From Candidatus Nezhaarchaeota archaeon (GTDB taxonomy: Archaea > Thermoproteota > Methanomethylicia > Nezhaarchaeales > WYZ-LMO8): DNA of 64,000 nucleotides. A program made the translations under genes and the position numbers. A model generated the notes under the pieces. The model was not told where the DNA came from. It did no database searches and worked only from the letters and a program-made list of their open reading frames with translations. Of this stretch, positions 15,274 through 25,748 are shown piece by piece. Each line of letters opens with the position of its first letter. Positions within the stretch are counted from its first letter, which is position 1. The stretch covers positions 698,447 through 762,446 of the forward strand of contig JASFYF010000001.1 in the NCBI GenBank assembly GCA_030055465.1, given 5' to 3'.

Positions 15274-18200
15274 TCAACATCTCTTCTTGACGTGGATCAT
15301 TAGCTTTAGCCCCTCTATGTCCCAGTCTTTCGAGTACCACTCGGGCAGTTGGGCGGGAGGTTTACTTGTTACCTCTAATTCCTTTGCTCTCACCTCGTTT
15401 TTCAGGTATTCGAGGTTTCTTTCCGGAAGCCCTTTAAGGGAGCCATCTTTGACCTCTATGATCAAGTCTATGTAATCCTCTATGCCTAGGTTCATTTCTT
15501 TACGCATGTACTGCACCCTGCGGACTATTTCTCGGGTGATAGCTTCAGCCTCCAACTCTTCATCTCTGCTGGCATCCAAGCCTACAAGCATGTACTTGCC
15601 TATGGCGAAGACCCATTTTGAACCCTCCCTTAAATCCACGACCTCCACGTCATCGCTATCCACTTCAACGCTTTCTCCGTCCACCTTGAGGCTGAGCTTG
15701 CCGTGGAGACATAGCGCCCGCAGAGCCTCCTCAGCCTCCATCCTTTCGAGGCCTTCGATAACCCTTGAGGTATAACCTTTAATCTTTGCTTCGCCGGGTT
15801 CTCCCTTGAACATCAGTTTTAAGTGAAACCCTCTGGGGGGACCATCAACCAGCGTGACGTTTCGGGAGTTAGCTTGCTCTCGTAGGACCTTTTGGAAGCT
15901 CTTCAGCTTGTCGAGCACGTCACTCCTAAACGAAACCACCACCACGTTAGAGATGGGCCACCGACTTTTGAGCTTGGCCTTCTGCCGCGCGCTAGCTACG
16001 AGCGTTAAGGCCGTTGCAAGGTGCTCAGCTCCTTCCTCGAGGTCTCTCCGGATTAGTTTCTTATCCGGCGTAGGCCAGTCAGTCATGAAGATGCTTTCCT
16101 CGGTGCGTCCCCCAACCCTTTTAATGAAACATTGGTAGACCCACTCGGCGAAGTGTGGGACAAATGGCGCAATGAGCTTCAAAGCCCTTTCCAACACGTA
16201 GAAGAGCACGGCGTAAGCCGTCAGCTTTTCCGGGTCCTCGCTCTCCAGCCACACCCTCCTCCTAATGTACCTTATGTACCCGTGGCTCACGTCCTCAAGC
16301 AAGAAGTTCACTATTGCTTTAGCCGCTTCATGAACGTTTAGCGCCTCCAAGCTTCGGGTTACGTTATCTGTAACAGTCTGGATCCTCGAAAGCAACCACA
16401 AATCCTCTGCCGCGAGCCTGTCAAGGACCCCTTCAATTGGAAGCCTCTCCGCGGTGAAGGAGTCCAGATCCATGTATGTGCTTGCGAACTTGAAGGCATT
16501 GAATATTGTGTTGAGTAGCCTCTTGGTTGCTTTCAACTCTTCTAGGTCAAAGTTCAAAGCGTCCCAGGGGGCTGCCTTCATAACTAAGTGTAAGCGCAGC
16601 GGATCCACGCCTTCCTTCTCCATCAACTCGAGGGCCCAAACCACGTTGCCTCTACTCTTCGACATTTTCTGGCCTGATTTGTCTAGGACGTGTCCTTGGC
16701 AGAGCACCCTTTTATAGGGCGCTTTGCCGAAAAGCATGACGCTTGTGAAGAGGAGCGAGAAGAACCACCCTCTAGTTTGATCCACCGCTTCAGTTATGAA
16801 ATCGTAGGGGAAGAGCCTCCTGAACGTTGATGGATCTCTAAGGAAGTTGACGCTTGCCGCGTGCGCCACGCCGGAATCCAACCAGCAGTCCAGCACGTGG
16901 ACTTCGCGGCTCATTGTTCCGCCGCAGGATGGACACTTGAGCGTGACCGAGTCAATCCAAGGTCTGTGAAGTTCTAGGCCGTCTAGGCTCGTAGTTGACA
17001 TTCGCTTAAGTTCCTCAACAGAGCCTACGCAGGCCCTCCGACCGCAGCTCCTGCAAGTCCATACGTTCAGCGGCGAGCCCCATACGCGTAGGCGCGAGAT
17101 GCACCAGTCCCTCGCATTTGCTATCCAGTTGCGGAACCTGGCCTCCCCAGCCCATGAGGGAACCCATCGGATGCGCTCGTTTTCGCTTAAGATTGCGTCT
17201 TTTATCGGCTCTATCCTGAGGAACCATTGCTTGTCGGCCCTGTAGATGAGGGGGGTATTGCACCTCCAGCAGTGAGGGTATTCGTGGAGTATCCTCCCTT
17301 CATGGACTAGCAAGTTTTTGGCCTTCAAGTCGCGAATTATCAGTTTATTTGCGTCCTTCACGTATAGCCCCTTATACTTGCCCGCCTCCTCGGTGTAGAG
17401 GCCATTTGCATCAACCGGGCAAAAGATGGGGAGCGAGTACCTACGTCCAACCTCAAAATCCTCTGGTCCATGAGCCGGGGCAATGTGCACGCAGCCCGTG
17501 CCCTCCTCCATGCTGACCTCTCCATCGCATACTACCACGTGGGCACTCTTGTGGCTGCCGTGCTCGGGCACCTCCCCTATTAGGGGGTGAACATACTTTA
17601 AGCCCTTGAGCTCCGAGCCGAGGAGCCTCCCAACGACCTTGTAGTTGTTCAAGTTGATTTCGTTCATCACCTTTTCGAGGCGTTTTTCAGCTATAATCCA
17701 GCTCTCATCGTTTACCTGCACCTCAACGTAGTACTCGTCGGGGTGGACGCATACAGCTTCGTTCGCGGGAAGGGTCCACGGGGTCGTCGTCCATATAACT
17801 AGGTGGCAATGCCTCCTGTCGAGAAGCTGGCACTTCACGTAAATTGATGGGTCCTCGGCGCTCGCGTAGCCCAACGCGACTTCTTGGTCTGAAAGCGGCG
17901 TTTCGCATCGCGGGCAAAACGCTATGACCTTAAGGTCTTCGATGAGCAGTCCCTTCTCGTAGGCTTGTTTAAGAGCCCACCATACGAACTCTATGTACTC
18001 GTTTCTTCGAGTTTCGTAAGCGTTGTCGTAGTCCAACCATAAGCCTAGGACCTCTGAAGCCCTCCTCCAGTGGTTCAAGTAGAAATCGACGAGCTTGCTG
18101 CACTCCCTTGCGAACTTCTCATAGCCTATCCTCTCTATCTCCTTCTTCGACTTTAAGCCTAGGATCTTCTCGGTTTCAAGCTCGACGGGCAACCCCTGCG

Positions 18201-18468
18201 TGTCCCAGCCAGCCCTGTTCCAGACGTCGTAGCCCTGCATGAGCTTAAACCTAATCACTACGTCTTTCAGCGTTCTCCCCCTCGCGTGCCCCACATGCAT
18301 GAAGCCGTTGGCTGTGGGTGGGCCTTCCAGGAAGGCGAAGACCTCTCCGCCTCGCCTCGCAGCGAAGCACCTGCCAGCTACGTTGCCGGTGGCCCAAAGG
18401 CTTCTCACGGCTTCTTCAACCTTGCGAGGATCATACTGTTTAAAGTCCATGATTTTCACATCCAACAT
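15274..18468 (-). CDS. ileS: Isoleucine--tRNA ligase
   Basis: EGPPTANG..HVGH, GWDTQGLPVE, WTTTPWTLP, DQTRGWF, KMSKS. Confidence 0.96.
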   Translation of the reverse strand: MLDVKIMDFKQYDPRKVEEAVRSLWATGNVAGRCFAARRGGEVFAFLEGPPTANGFMHVGHARGRTLKDVVIRFKLMQGYDVWNRAGWDTQGLPVELETEKILGLKSKKEIERIGYEKFARECSKLVDFYLNHWRRASEVLGLWLDYDNAYETRRNEYIEFVWWALKQAYEKGLLIEDLKVIAFCPRCETPLSDQEVALGYASAEDPSIYVKCQLLDRRHCHLVIWTTTPWTLPANEAVCVHPDEYYVEVQVNDESWIIAEKRLEKVMNEINLNNYKVVGRLLGSELKGLKYVHPLIGEVPEHGSHKSAHVVVCDGEVSMEEGTGCVHIAPAHGPEDFEVGRRYSLPIFCPVDANGLYTEEAGKYKGLYVKDANKLIIRDLKAKNLLVHEGRILHEYPHCWRCNTPLIYRADKQWFLRIEPIKDAILSENERIRWVPSWAGEARFRNWIANARDWCISRLRVWGSPLNVWTCRSCGRRACVGSVEELKRMSTTSLDGLELHRPWIDSVTLKCPSCGGTMSREVHVLDCWLDSGVAHAASVNFLRDPSTFRRLFPYDFITEAVDQTRGWFFSLLFTSVMLFGKAPYKRVLCQGHVLDKSGQKMSKSRGNVVWALELMEKEGVDPLRLHLVMKAAPWDALNFDLEELKATKRLLNTIFNAFKFASTYMDLDSFTAERLPIEGVLDRLAAEDLWLLSRIQTVTDNVTRSLEALNVHEAAKAIVNFLLEDVSHGYIRYIRRRVWLESEDPEKLTAYAVLFYVLERALKLIAPFVPHFAEWVYQCFIKRVGGRTEESIFMTDWPTPDKKLIRRDLEEGAEHLATALTLVASARQKAKLKSRWPISNVVVVSFRSDVLDKLKSFQKVLREQANSRNVTLVDGPPRGFHLKLMFKGEPGEAKIKGYTSRVIEGLERMEAEEALRALCLHGKLSLKVDGESVEVDSDDVEVVDLREGSKWVFAIGKYMLVGLDASRDEELEAEAITREIVRRVQYMRKEMNLGIEDYIDLIIEVKDGSLKGLPERNLEYLKNEVRAKELEVTSKPPAQLPEWYSKDWDIEGLKLMIHVKKRC

Positions 18469-18597
18469 GAATGTGCCTTATCAAGGCGCTTGGCCCATCT
18501 CATCTACGGCAAATAGCGTTGAAGCACTAAACCTAAAAGCTTTAAGCCCAGCCTAAAAAGAGTTGTGGGTGTCCAAGCGAAGGCCTGGTGCGAAATC

Positions 18598-20685
18598 ATG
18601 CAACTGAAGAAGCTCGTGGTGATCGCGTTATCCTTGGCGTTGATATTCGTCTTCGCATTTTCAATTCGCGTGTTGCCCTTAAGGGATGGCATCTATATGC
18701 TTAACGAGCACGACCCCTACTACCAGTACTACATGGCCAAATACGTGGTTGAAAGGGGGTGGGCCGGCTTCTTGGATTGGTTTTCCTGGGGCTCGGACCC
18801 GAGGTTCTGGGCTCCCTGGGGTAGAAACATAGCCTCATCATCTTTCCCGGGCGTGGCGTTTGCAGGTGCCTTCTTCTACCTACTCGCCGAGCCTTTCGGT
18901 CTAGGGCTAGACCTAATGACTTTCTGCTGTCTGCTCCCCCCTCTCCTCGGTGCGCTATCATGCATAGCCGTATTCTTCCTTGGGAGAGAGGTCGAGAACG
19001 AATCAGCGGGGCTGTTTGCAGCGCTATTCCTAGCGACCAACGCCGCCTTCATATCGCGTACGGTTTTCGGCTTCTTCGATGACGAAAGCGTTGGGATACT
19101 TGCGCTCTTAATATCTTTGATATTTTATGTGAAGGCCCTCAAGAAGCAGCGGCTCAGGGACTCAATGATCTACGGGGTTATTTCCGGCCTAGCCCTCGGC
19201 TACATGAGCATGACGTGGGGGGCCTATGTTTACCCCTTGAACTTGATGTCGTTGTTCGCCTTGATCATGGTGGTGATGAAGCGCTACAGCAGGAGCCTGC
19301 TTTGCGCAACGCTGCCCATGTTGTTGGTGACCCTCTTGGTTGCAGCGTCAACGCCAAAGAACGGACTGAGCTCCATATTTTCAGCAACGTCCGTCGCGCC
19401 GCTCCTTGCCGTAGCCACGCTGATGGTATGCGAGCTCAGGGATCACCTACCAGTTAAGGCTAGGAGGCCGATATCAATCGGGTACGCTATGGCGGTTCTA
19501 GCGGGCTTGGTTGTACTGCTGCTCGGCAAGGGGGTTGACGTTAGCTTGAGGTACCTGACGGCGGTATTGCCCTGGGTTAGGTCAACGGACCCCCTTGTGC
19601 GCTCAGTGGCCGAGCACAGCATGACCACGTGGTCCCACTTCTTCATGCAGTTCGGCTTCATCCTCCTAATGGGTACGGCTTGCCTATTCGCTTTGGCGCG
19701 TAGCTTAAAGGACGTAGATGTCTTGTTCATCCTCTTAGGGGTATCCACGGTTTACGTCGCCGCAAACATGGTTAGGCTCACGCTTTTGCTTGCGCCGGTG
19801 TTCTCCCTCTTGGCTGGTATATTCTCATCTAAGGTTATCACATCGACATCCAAGTTGATTAATGCAAGTGGAAGGGCGGGTGAGAGGCGTGTCAAAGCAA
19901 CGAAGAGGCCTCTAATGCCTTCTCGCCTGCAAGTCTTTTCAGGCCTCTTCGCCATTCTCTTGATCTTAACCCCAACCGTGACCGGCCTATACATGGTGGA
20001 TCCCGGGAGCGGGTTGCCGGTGAACCTCGTGTACGCCAGCAGCTCTATCCTTATGTCTGAGGATTGGCTTTCAGCCCTTAAATGGATGAGGGAAAACCTG
20101 CCTGCCAATTCCGTTGTGGCGTCCTGGTGGGATCACGGCTACTGGATAGCGATAGTTGGTAATAGGAGCTCAGTTTGCGATAATGCGACCATAAACGGCA
20201 CCCAGATAAGGCTTATAGCGCGCGCCTTCCTCTCCAACGAGAGCGAAGCCTTAAAGGCATTTAAGGCGTTAGGGGTTACGCACGTAGTCGTGCACGGAAT
20301 ATTCTACAATATTGGCTCTGCCCTTGGCTCAAGCATACCCCTCTGGGTCTCGTGGGGCCACGACTACGTTGCTATAAGCTACTCGGCTATGGCAAGCATA
20401 GCGGGCTACAACGTTGACGACTACATAGTCCTAGACAACTTTGGGGTGTCCTCTTTCCCGTACTTCCCGATACCCAAAGGGCCTAAAGCTTCCGAGACGA
20501 CGCTCTACCGTTTAATCTATTATCCCGTTAAGGATAGGCTTCTCTTCTTGGGAAGCTTGGATCTAAGCTCGGGAGCCTACAGCCTGCTCGACATACCGCT
20601 CCCGCAGAACTTCAAGTTGGTGTACGCCAGCGAGCCGAACGCCCACGTGCTGGTCTACGAGGTCCTTTACGGGGATGAGGGTTAG
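18598..20685 (+). CDS. aglB: Oligosaccharyltransferase AglB (STT3)
   Basis: EHDPYY, GFFDDE, SVAEH and WWDHG motifs; many TM helices. Confidence 0.95.
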   Translation: MQLKKLVVIALSLALIFVFAFSIRVLPLRDGIYMLNEHDPYYQYYMAKYVVERGWAGFLDWFSWGSDPRFWAPWGRNIASSSFPGVAFAGAFFYLLAEPFGLGLDLMTFCCLLPPLLGALSCIAVFFLGREVENESAGLFAALFLATNAAFISRTVFGFFDDESVGILALLISLIFYVKALKKQRLRDSMIYGVISGLALGYMSMTWGAYVYPLNLMSLFALIMVVMKRYSRSLLCATLPMLLVTLLVAASTPKNGLSSIFSATSVAPLLAVATLMVCELRDHLPVKARRPISIGYAMAVLAGLVVLLLGKGVDVSLRYLTAVLPWVRSTDPLVRSVAEHSMTTWSHFFMQFGFILLMGTACLFALARSLKDVDVLFILLGVSTVYVAANMVRLTLLLAPVFSLLAGIFSSKVITSTSKLINASGRAGERRVKATKRPLMPSRLQVFSGLFAILLILTPTVTGLYMVDPGSGLPVNLVYASSSILMSEDWLSALKWMRENLPANSVVASWWDHGYWIAIVGNRSSVCDNATINGTQIRLIARAFLSNESEALKAFKALGVTHVVVHGIFYNIGSALGSSIPLWVSWGHDYVAISYSAMASIAGYNVDDYIVLDNFGVSSFPYFPIPKGPKASETTLYRLIYYPVKDRLLFLGSLDLSSGAYSLLDIPLPQNFKLVYASEPNAHVLVYEVLYGDEG

Positions 20686-20687
20686 CC

Positions 20688-20858
20688 TCAGCCCTCCTCT
20701 CCTTCAAGCCTAGCCTTAAGCCTATACATTGCGTACTTGTCGTGCGGGGAATACCTAGGTGGATGTGGACTCTTCACTGCTCCACCGCAGTGCGGGCACT
20801 TTTCTCGTTGAAGCGTGTATCTCTTGCAGCTGGCACACCTCATTAGGAGGCCCTTCAT
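20688..20858 (-). CDS. nop10: H/ACA RNP protein Nop10
   Basis: RYTL...CPHCG...HPPRYSPHDKYAMYR. Confidence 0.95.
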   Translation of the reverse strand: MKGLLMRCASCKRYTLQREKCPHCGGAVKSPHPPRYSPHDKYAMYRLKARLEGEEG

Positions 20859-20869
20859 ATCGGCCCTCC

Positions 20870-21676
20870 TCATTTCTTGCCTTCCTCAATGATCTTCCCG
20901 AAGCCGCCCTCCTCGGATATCACGTTCAAGGCGACGTTCGCAACTTCCCTTAGTATGTTCTTGAGTTGCTTGTAGTCTTCAGCCATTCCCTCTATCCTGT
21001 ACTTGGGGGTTCCGTCCACGTAGACCTTCACGTTGTACCCCTTGGCCTTCGCGTAGTTTAGGGCCTCCAGCAGGGCCCTCCTGATGGCCTCGATCCCATC
21101 GCGCTTGTAACACCTCAACTCCAACGACGTCAAGAGCTTAACCTGGGGAAACTCTATGTGCTCCTTAGCCATGCGGGTTAAAGTCTCCGCCCACTCCCTG
21201 CTTACCCCAGCTGCGAGGAGAGCATCTATGCCCTTCTTGGCGGCTTCCTCAAGCCCAGCGTATATCTCGCCATAATGGTCTTCGAGCTTCCAGCCGACCT
21301 CCTGGTAAGCATCGTTAAGGTTCTTGCCCAGAGCCTTAGCAGCGAAGTCCAAGAGCACTTCGGCTTTCCTCGCCCTCTTCCATTCAAGCATTTTACCCTC
21401 CCTTTCATCGTCGGTCACCCTCTTCAAAGAAAGATCTATGTGGCCCTTAGATGCGTCAACCCTGAGGACTTTGAAGGCCATTTTCTGGCCTTCCCTGATG
21501 ACGTCCCTTATGTTGTGGAACCAGGAGGAGGAAACCTCGTTTAACGGCACGTAGCCCCTCTTGTTGCCGTACTCGTCGAGGGTTATGTAGGCTCCTTTAT
21601 CGAACACCTCTTGGACTGTTCCGATCACCACTTCGCCCCTTGCTGGCCACTCCCTTCGCTTTTTTACCACGCTCAT
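20870..21676 (-). CDS. eif2a: Translation initiation factor aIF2 alpha
   Basis: S1 domain GAYITLDEY...KGHIDLSLKRV. Confidence 0.96.
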   Translation of the reverse strand: MSVVKKRREWPARGEVVIGTVQEVFDKGAYITLDEYGNKRGYVPLNEVSSSWFHNIRDVIREGQKMAFKVLRVDASKGHIDLSLKRVTDDEREGKMLEWKRARKAEVLLDFAAKALGKNLNDAYQEVGWKLEDHYGEIYAGLEEAAKKGIDALLAAGVSREWAETLTRMAKEHIEFPQVKLLTSLELRCYKRDGIEAIRRALLEALNYAKAKGYNVKVYVDGTPKYRIEGMAEDYKQLKNILREVANVALNVISEEGGFGKIIEEGKK

Positions 21677-21685
21677 CCACCATTA

Positions 21686-21895
21686 TCATCCGAATTCGCC
21701 GACTTTCTTGGCTTCTATCCTCGCCTCTCCACCGGTGGGCGAAGCGAGAAGCTTACCGCAAACAAAGCAGTGGACGCTTGTTGACGCATGGCTGAAGATG
21801 ATTTGCATGTTGCCGCAGTCGGGGCACCTGACGTTATAGAACTTCGATTTTGACTTCGGCACAAGCTCGTTAAACTTCTTGCCCAACGCGTTCAC
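21686..21895 (-). CDS. rps27e: 30S ribosomal protein S27e
   Basis: VRCPDCGNMQIIFSHAS..V.C..CG..LA.PTGG. Confidence 0.96.
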   Translation of the reverse strand: MNALGKKFNELVPKSKSKFYNVRCPDCGNMQIIFSHASTSVHCFVCGKLLASPTGGEARIEAKKVGEFG

Positions 21896-22191
21896 CCCTT
21901 AACAGGCTCCACGAGCTCAAGCTTCTTAAGCCTCACACCCCTCCTATGCATCGTGTAGCCGCACTTCTTGCAGGTCAACTTTAAAACCTGCTTTTTAGTT
22001 ACTTTGGCCGTTCTCTTCTGCTCGGGCTTTCGCTTGCTTCCGTATCCCCTCTTCTTCCTGGCGTATCTCCTCTCGCCTTCAGCCAAGCCCCTCCTCTTGC
22101 CAGCTTTGTAGAGCGCCACGGTATGCTGCGTGTGGGACTTGCACTTCGGACAGTAAGTGTTCACAACCTTTGGGTGCTTCAAGGTGTTCAC
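21892..22191 (-). CDS. rpl44e: 50S ribosomal protein L44e
   Basis: TYCPKCKSHTQH...GERRY.RK..GYG...KVTKK..L.L.CKKC. Confidence 0.96.
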   Translation of the reverse strand: MNTLKHPKVVNTYCPKCKSHTQHTVALYKAGKRRGLAEGERRYARKKRGYGSKRKPEQKRTAKVTKKQVLKLTCKKCGYTMHRRGVRLKKLELVEPVKG

Positions 22192-22697
22192 CTTGACCTT
22201 ATGGGTTCTGCGATCCCTAGATTAATGAGCTCTTTAGCTTTCCGCATATTTATAAATATTACATCTTCGACTTCAAGGTTGGGCAGGCCTAAGCCCTTGA
22301 CGAGGTCCCCAGCGCTCCCCCGAATTAGGAGGAGTATCCTACCTTCGTCGCGCTCCCCTTCTCCCCCAACCTCTCGGCTTTTAATCTCAAGCGCCTCCGC
22401 AACCTTCATGAATTGGACCTCTTCTTCGCGGGGGAGGTCCTTGAGGTCCACGCATCCACCTAAAAGCCTCATAACGGCCTTCCTGATTCTGATGTTCCTA
22501 ACTATTTGAAGGCAGCCCTCTATAATTGCGGCTTCACCCTTCCTTATCTTGCGTTGCAGGTCGTTGGCGTCGCCGTTCGCCTTAAGCTTCAGCGACTCAA
22601 CGTATTTCAGCGCCTCCTCGTAGAAGCCTCTAGGTATGGATTGAAGGCTGCTCGTGCTTGCCTCCTGCAGGAGGACTTTGAAAACCTCCCTCAACAA
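22188..22697 (-). CDS. GINS15/GINS51-type DNA replication subunit
   Basis: LQSIPRGFY...RIRK...EE helical domain and C-terminal beta domain; conserved position after priS. Confidence 0.75.
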   Translation of the reverse strand: MLREVFKVLLQEASTSSLQSIPRGFYEEALKYVESLKLKANGDANDLQRKIRKGEAAIIEGCLQIVRNIRIRKAVMRLLGGCVDLKDLPREEEVQFMKVAEALEIKSREVGGEGERDEGRILLLIRGSAGDLVKGLGLPNLEVEDVIFINMRKAKELINLGIAEPIRSR

Positions 22698-22709
22698 GAG
22701 CTCAACACC

Positions 22710-23897
22710 TCACGGGCTAACCTCGGCGTTGCCCGAGCTTATTAGGTACACGGCTAAACCTGTTGGAACCTCTACAACCTGGTTTAGGTAGGGCCCCCAC
22801 TCCTGCCCCATGAAGGTGATCTTCGGCGCCTCAGCAACTTTTACTTTGATTTCTCCGCTATTAAAGGCTACTGCATGCTTGTATGGGTCGAAGCCGCTTA
22901 GGCCGTCTATGTCGATTCTGAGTGCTATAAGGCCTGTTCCACCATGAAGCGTCTCGGGCAACCTTATCAACCTCTTCACGTCTATGGTCACCCTCTCGTC
23001 GATGTTGCATCTTTTGCTGGCGACGGCTTTCTTGGCTAGGCTCAGCCAAGCTCTGCACACATCGCCTTCCACAAGCCAATACCCTTTGGACTCTTGGAGC
23101 TTTTCACATATGGTTTTAGTTGTCCCCTCTTCGATTCCAGCACCCTCCTTGTCACATCCTACCAAGAGCTCGTAAACCCCCCTAGCTATCCTGCCGTGCC
23201 AGCCTGACGCGTTGAGGGGTGGTGCGTGAGCTTTTTTCCTGCCCCCTTCGAGGATTAAGCCCATGCCCTTCACGTAATCCACTATTTCCCTCCTGGCTTT
23301 TTGATCCAGCTGTTTTACAACATCGTTTTCCACGTGAATGTGGAATCCCCTTCGGCCGGAGAAGACTATCTCGACCTCCTCCTCGGAGAAGCCGAAGTCG
23401 CTCATGAGGAAATCCTCAACGAGCTTCTCGGTTTCCTCCCTCGCTACGTTGAGGCACTCCTCACAAAACCAGGCCTTCCCATCAATTCTCTTGCTTGAAC
23501 ATTTAGGGCAAGCCTCGGGTGCCATGCCTTTCCCGTTGAAGTTGCAGTCAAGGCATAGCCATTTATCGTGGCGTTCCTTGCATGGCGTATAAATGTGATC
23601 TACGTCGATGTCGAAGACCAGGTCCGCCCCCAACCACTCCTTAGACTCCATGTCCTGAGCTGATGGTTGAAGGTAGTAGGCTGAGGAATAGTAAACGTGG
23701 AGGGGGGCGTTTTTGGCTAGGAACTCCTTCATCTCCCTCCAATCGTTGAAAGATACGTGCCTGAGAACATCGCCCTTTCTTGAGGGCACAAACCCGTACT
23801 CCCTCCTTTCATACTCTTTAGGCGGTCTACCGTCCCACTTAAGGTAATACTCCCTGAACATCTTTTTAATGTAGTTCTCGCTGTCCCTGCTACTCAT
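22710..23897 (-). CDS. priS: DNA primase small subunit
   Basis: RREYG, YYSSAYY, DLVFDIDVDH, FSGRRGFHI, RLIRLP..LHG. Confidence 0.96.
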   Translation of the reverse strand: MSSRDSENYIKKMFREYYLKWDGRPPKEYERREYGFVPSRKGDVLRHVSFNDWREMKEFLAKNAPLHVYYSSAYYLQPSAQDMESKEWLGADLVFDIDVDHIYTPCKERHDKWLCLDCNFNGKGMAPEACPKCSSKRIDGKAWFCEECLNVAREETEKLVEDFLMSDFGFSEEEVEIVFSGRRGFHIHVENDVVKQLDQKARREIVDYVKGMGLILEGGRKKAHAPPLNASGWHGRIARGVYELLVGCDKEGAGIEEGTTKTICEKLQESKGYWLVEGDVCRAWLSLAKKAVASKRCNIDERVTIDVKRLIRLPETLHGGTGLIALRIDIDGLSGFDPYKHAVAFNSGEIKVKVAEAPKITFMGQEWGPYLNQVVEVPTGLAVYLISSGNAEVSP

Positions 23898-24924
23898 GGT
23901 TCCTCTTCCTTGCCAGCTTTAGCATGCGGGCGTAGTAGACCAGCGGATGCTTCACCTTCGGGCACGTGCTGTCCCCCAGCGGGCACAGGTTAAGCGTCCT
24001 TAAAGAGGCACAGTTCGGTGGAAGGTACCTTGTCTTTGAGCCTATCTCGCCGGCTACGTGCTTTAAGTGGTAGGCGGTTTTCTCCTCGTTGAAGTCGGGC
24101 ATCTTCCGGAATAGCTCCATTACTTCCTCGGGTCTCTTACCCACTGTTAAGAGGAAAGCCGCGAGGGTGAACCGAGCCATGTGCGGAAGGTTTTTCCCCT
24201 CCTCGGCTTCTTGGAGGAGCTTGGAGATGCAGGGTGGAAAAGCTGAAGGGTTGTACTCCAATCTCTCAATCAAGCCTGCAGCCTTGCCTTTCGGCAGGGC
24301 GGCGTCGACTTCTCTTCTCAGGCCCTCTACCTCCGGCTTAACATCTTCGGGTAGGCCTTCTAGGAGCCTTTTCGCCCCCTTCTCCAGTATCCTTGCCCTA
24401 TAAGCTTCCGCCAGGAGCCTGCAGACATCCTTCCGGGAAACCTCAACGTAGCCTCCCCTCACGCTCCTGTTAACCAGCTTCCAGTAGGGATCAAGCATGT
24501 GAGTTGAGGCTTTAAGGTAATCGTCAAACCTGAGGGAGAAACCATCCCCCTCTTTATGAATGTGCCAGCCGAAGCCATCAACCGCTAGGAGGAGGACCCT
24601 CTCATGGCTTTCACGTATGAGGCCCTCGTGAACCCTGTTTTTCTCCGCCTCCGCGTATATGTTTAGGAGCCTCTTGTCCTCCATGGCGTTTATTATTAGC
24701 AGGGCTACGGGATGAGATAGTATCTCCACGTCGAGGTCCCTTCTCCTAAGCGTAGTCACGCGGTAGAAGACGGCTTCCCTTATCCTTTCCAAGCTCCTCA
24801 AGAAGACCTCCGATGTGGGTGAAAGAAGCTCTTCGAGGTAGAAGCTCACGCCGAGCTCCTCTATTATCCTCGCCGTCGAGCTTAGAAAGGGGTAGGTGGC
24901 TAGGTCGAGCTTGGAGAAGCTCAT
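23890..24924 (-). CDS. priL: DNA primase large subunit
   Basis: YPF, FPPCI, LPHMARF, YLPPNC..L...LC...C..HPLVYY FeS domain. Confidence 0.95.
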   Translation of the reverse strand: MSFSKLDLATYPFLSSTARIIEELGVSFYLEELLSPTSEVFLRSLERIREAVFYRVTTLRRRDLDVEILSHPVALLIINAMEDKRLLNIYAEAEKNRVHEGLIRESHERVLLLAVDGFGWHIHKEGDGFSLRFDDYLKASTHMLDPYWKLVNRSVRGGYVEVSRKDVCRLLAEAYRARILEKGAKRLLEGLPEDVKPEVEGLRREVDAALPKGKAAGLIERLEYNPSAFPPCISKLLQEAEEGKNLPHMARFTLAAFLLTVGKRPEEVMELFRKMPDFNEEKTAYHLKHVAGEIGSKTRYLPPNCASLRTLNLCPLGDSTCPKVKHPLVYYARMLKLARKRNHE

Positions 24925-24934
24925 GTGATCTTCG

Positions 24935-25684
24935 CTATTCTTCTAGTCTAGGGGCTAAGAAGTACTTTATTGTTCCTCCACCCGGTATAGGGAAGGTTAG
25001 GCTCAAAGGCATAGACGTTGAGAACTCCAACGTAGCGGTTTCAGCGGCCTCGTTGGCCTTTATCATGTCTAGGAGGTACTCCAGGCTGTACGAGGCGCTT
25101 GAGCTCTCCTTTACGTCGAGCTCCAGCAGCGCGCCGCTCTCAGGAGTCAGCGTCGCCTCAACTTCCCCCTTATCGCTCTGACCCTTCACCGCGATGGTGT
25201 TCTCCTTTGCCTCAAGCCTCACGTAGTCGCTTACAAGCTCAACGTCCTTGAGGGCATCTTCAAATACGTCGGCCATAACGGTGGCCTTAACGTTGTATAC
25301 CAGGGTTGGCGTCGGTAGCTCCTGGTACTCCACGTCTATTAACGGGAGGGAGAAGCTCCTGGTCGCCTTGCCCTTCAAAATGACCTTAAGCCTCGTTGCA
25401 CCTGCGGGAACTTCAAGCTGGATCTTCTCTTTGATGCTTCCTCTCTTAACTATTTTCTTTAACTCGTCGAAGTTAACTCCTATCGTCAGCTCTGAGTCGC
25501 ATTCGTATTCATCGAAGGCCTCTCTCGGCATCTCGAAGTCAATCATAGCTATCTTGGATGGATCCATGGCCCTAAGGCGCAACCCTTCTTCGCCTACCTT
25601 TATGGCCCCCTCATCTATTAAGGATGATAGTGCGTCAATAATCCTGTTCCAGAGCTTCGCATCCCTAAACGTGGCTTTGAACAT
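24935..25684 (-). CDS. pcn: PCNA sliding clamp
   Basis: RAMDPSKIAM...YFLAPR. Confidence 0.97.
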   Translation of the reverse strand: MFKATFRDAKLWNRIIDALSSLIDEGAIKVGEEGLRLRAMDPSKIAMIDFEMPREAFDEYECDSELTIGVNFDELKKIVKRGSIKEKIQLEVPAGATRLKVILKGKATRSFSLPLIDVEYQELPTPTLVYNVKATVMADVFEDALKDVELVSDYVRLEAKENTIAVKGQSDKGEVEATLTPESGALLELDVKESSSASYSLEYLLDMIKANEAAETATLEFSTSMPLSLTFPIPGGGTIKYFLAPRLEE

Positions 25685-25748
25685 GCTTCCTCCTCTCCAC
25701 ACCACAAGTTCTACCCTTCAACTCGGTTTTAACGTTAGCGGAGGAGGT

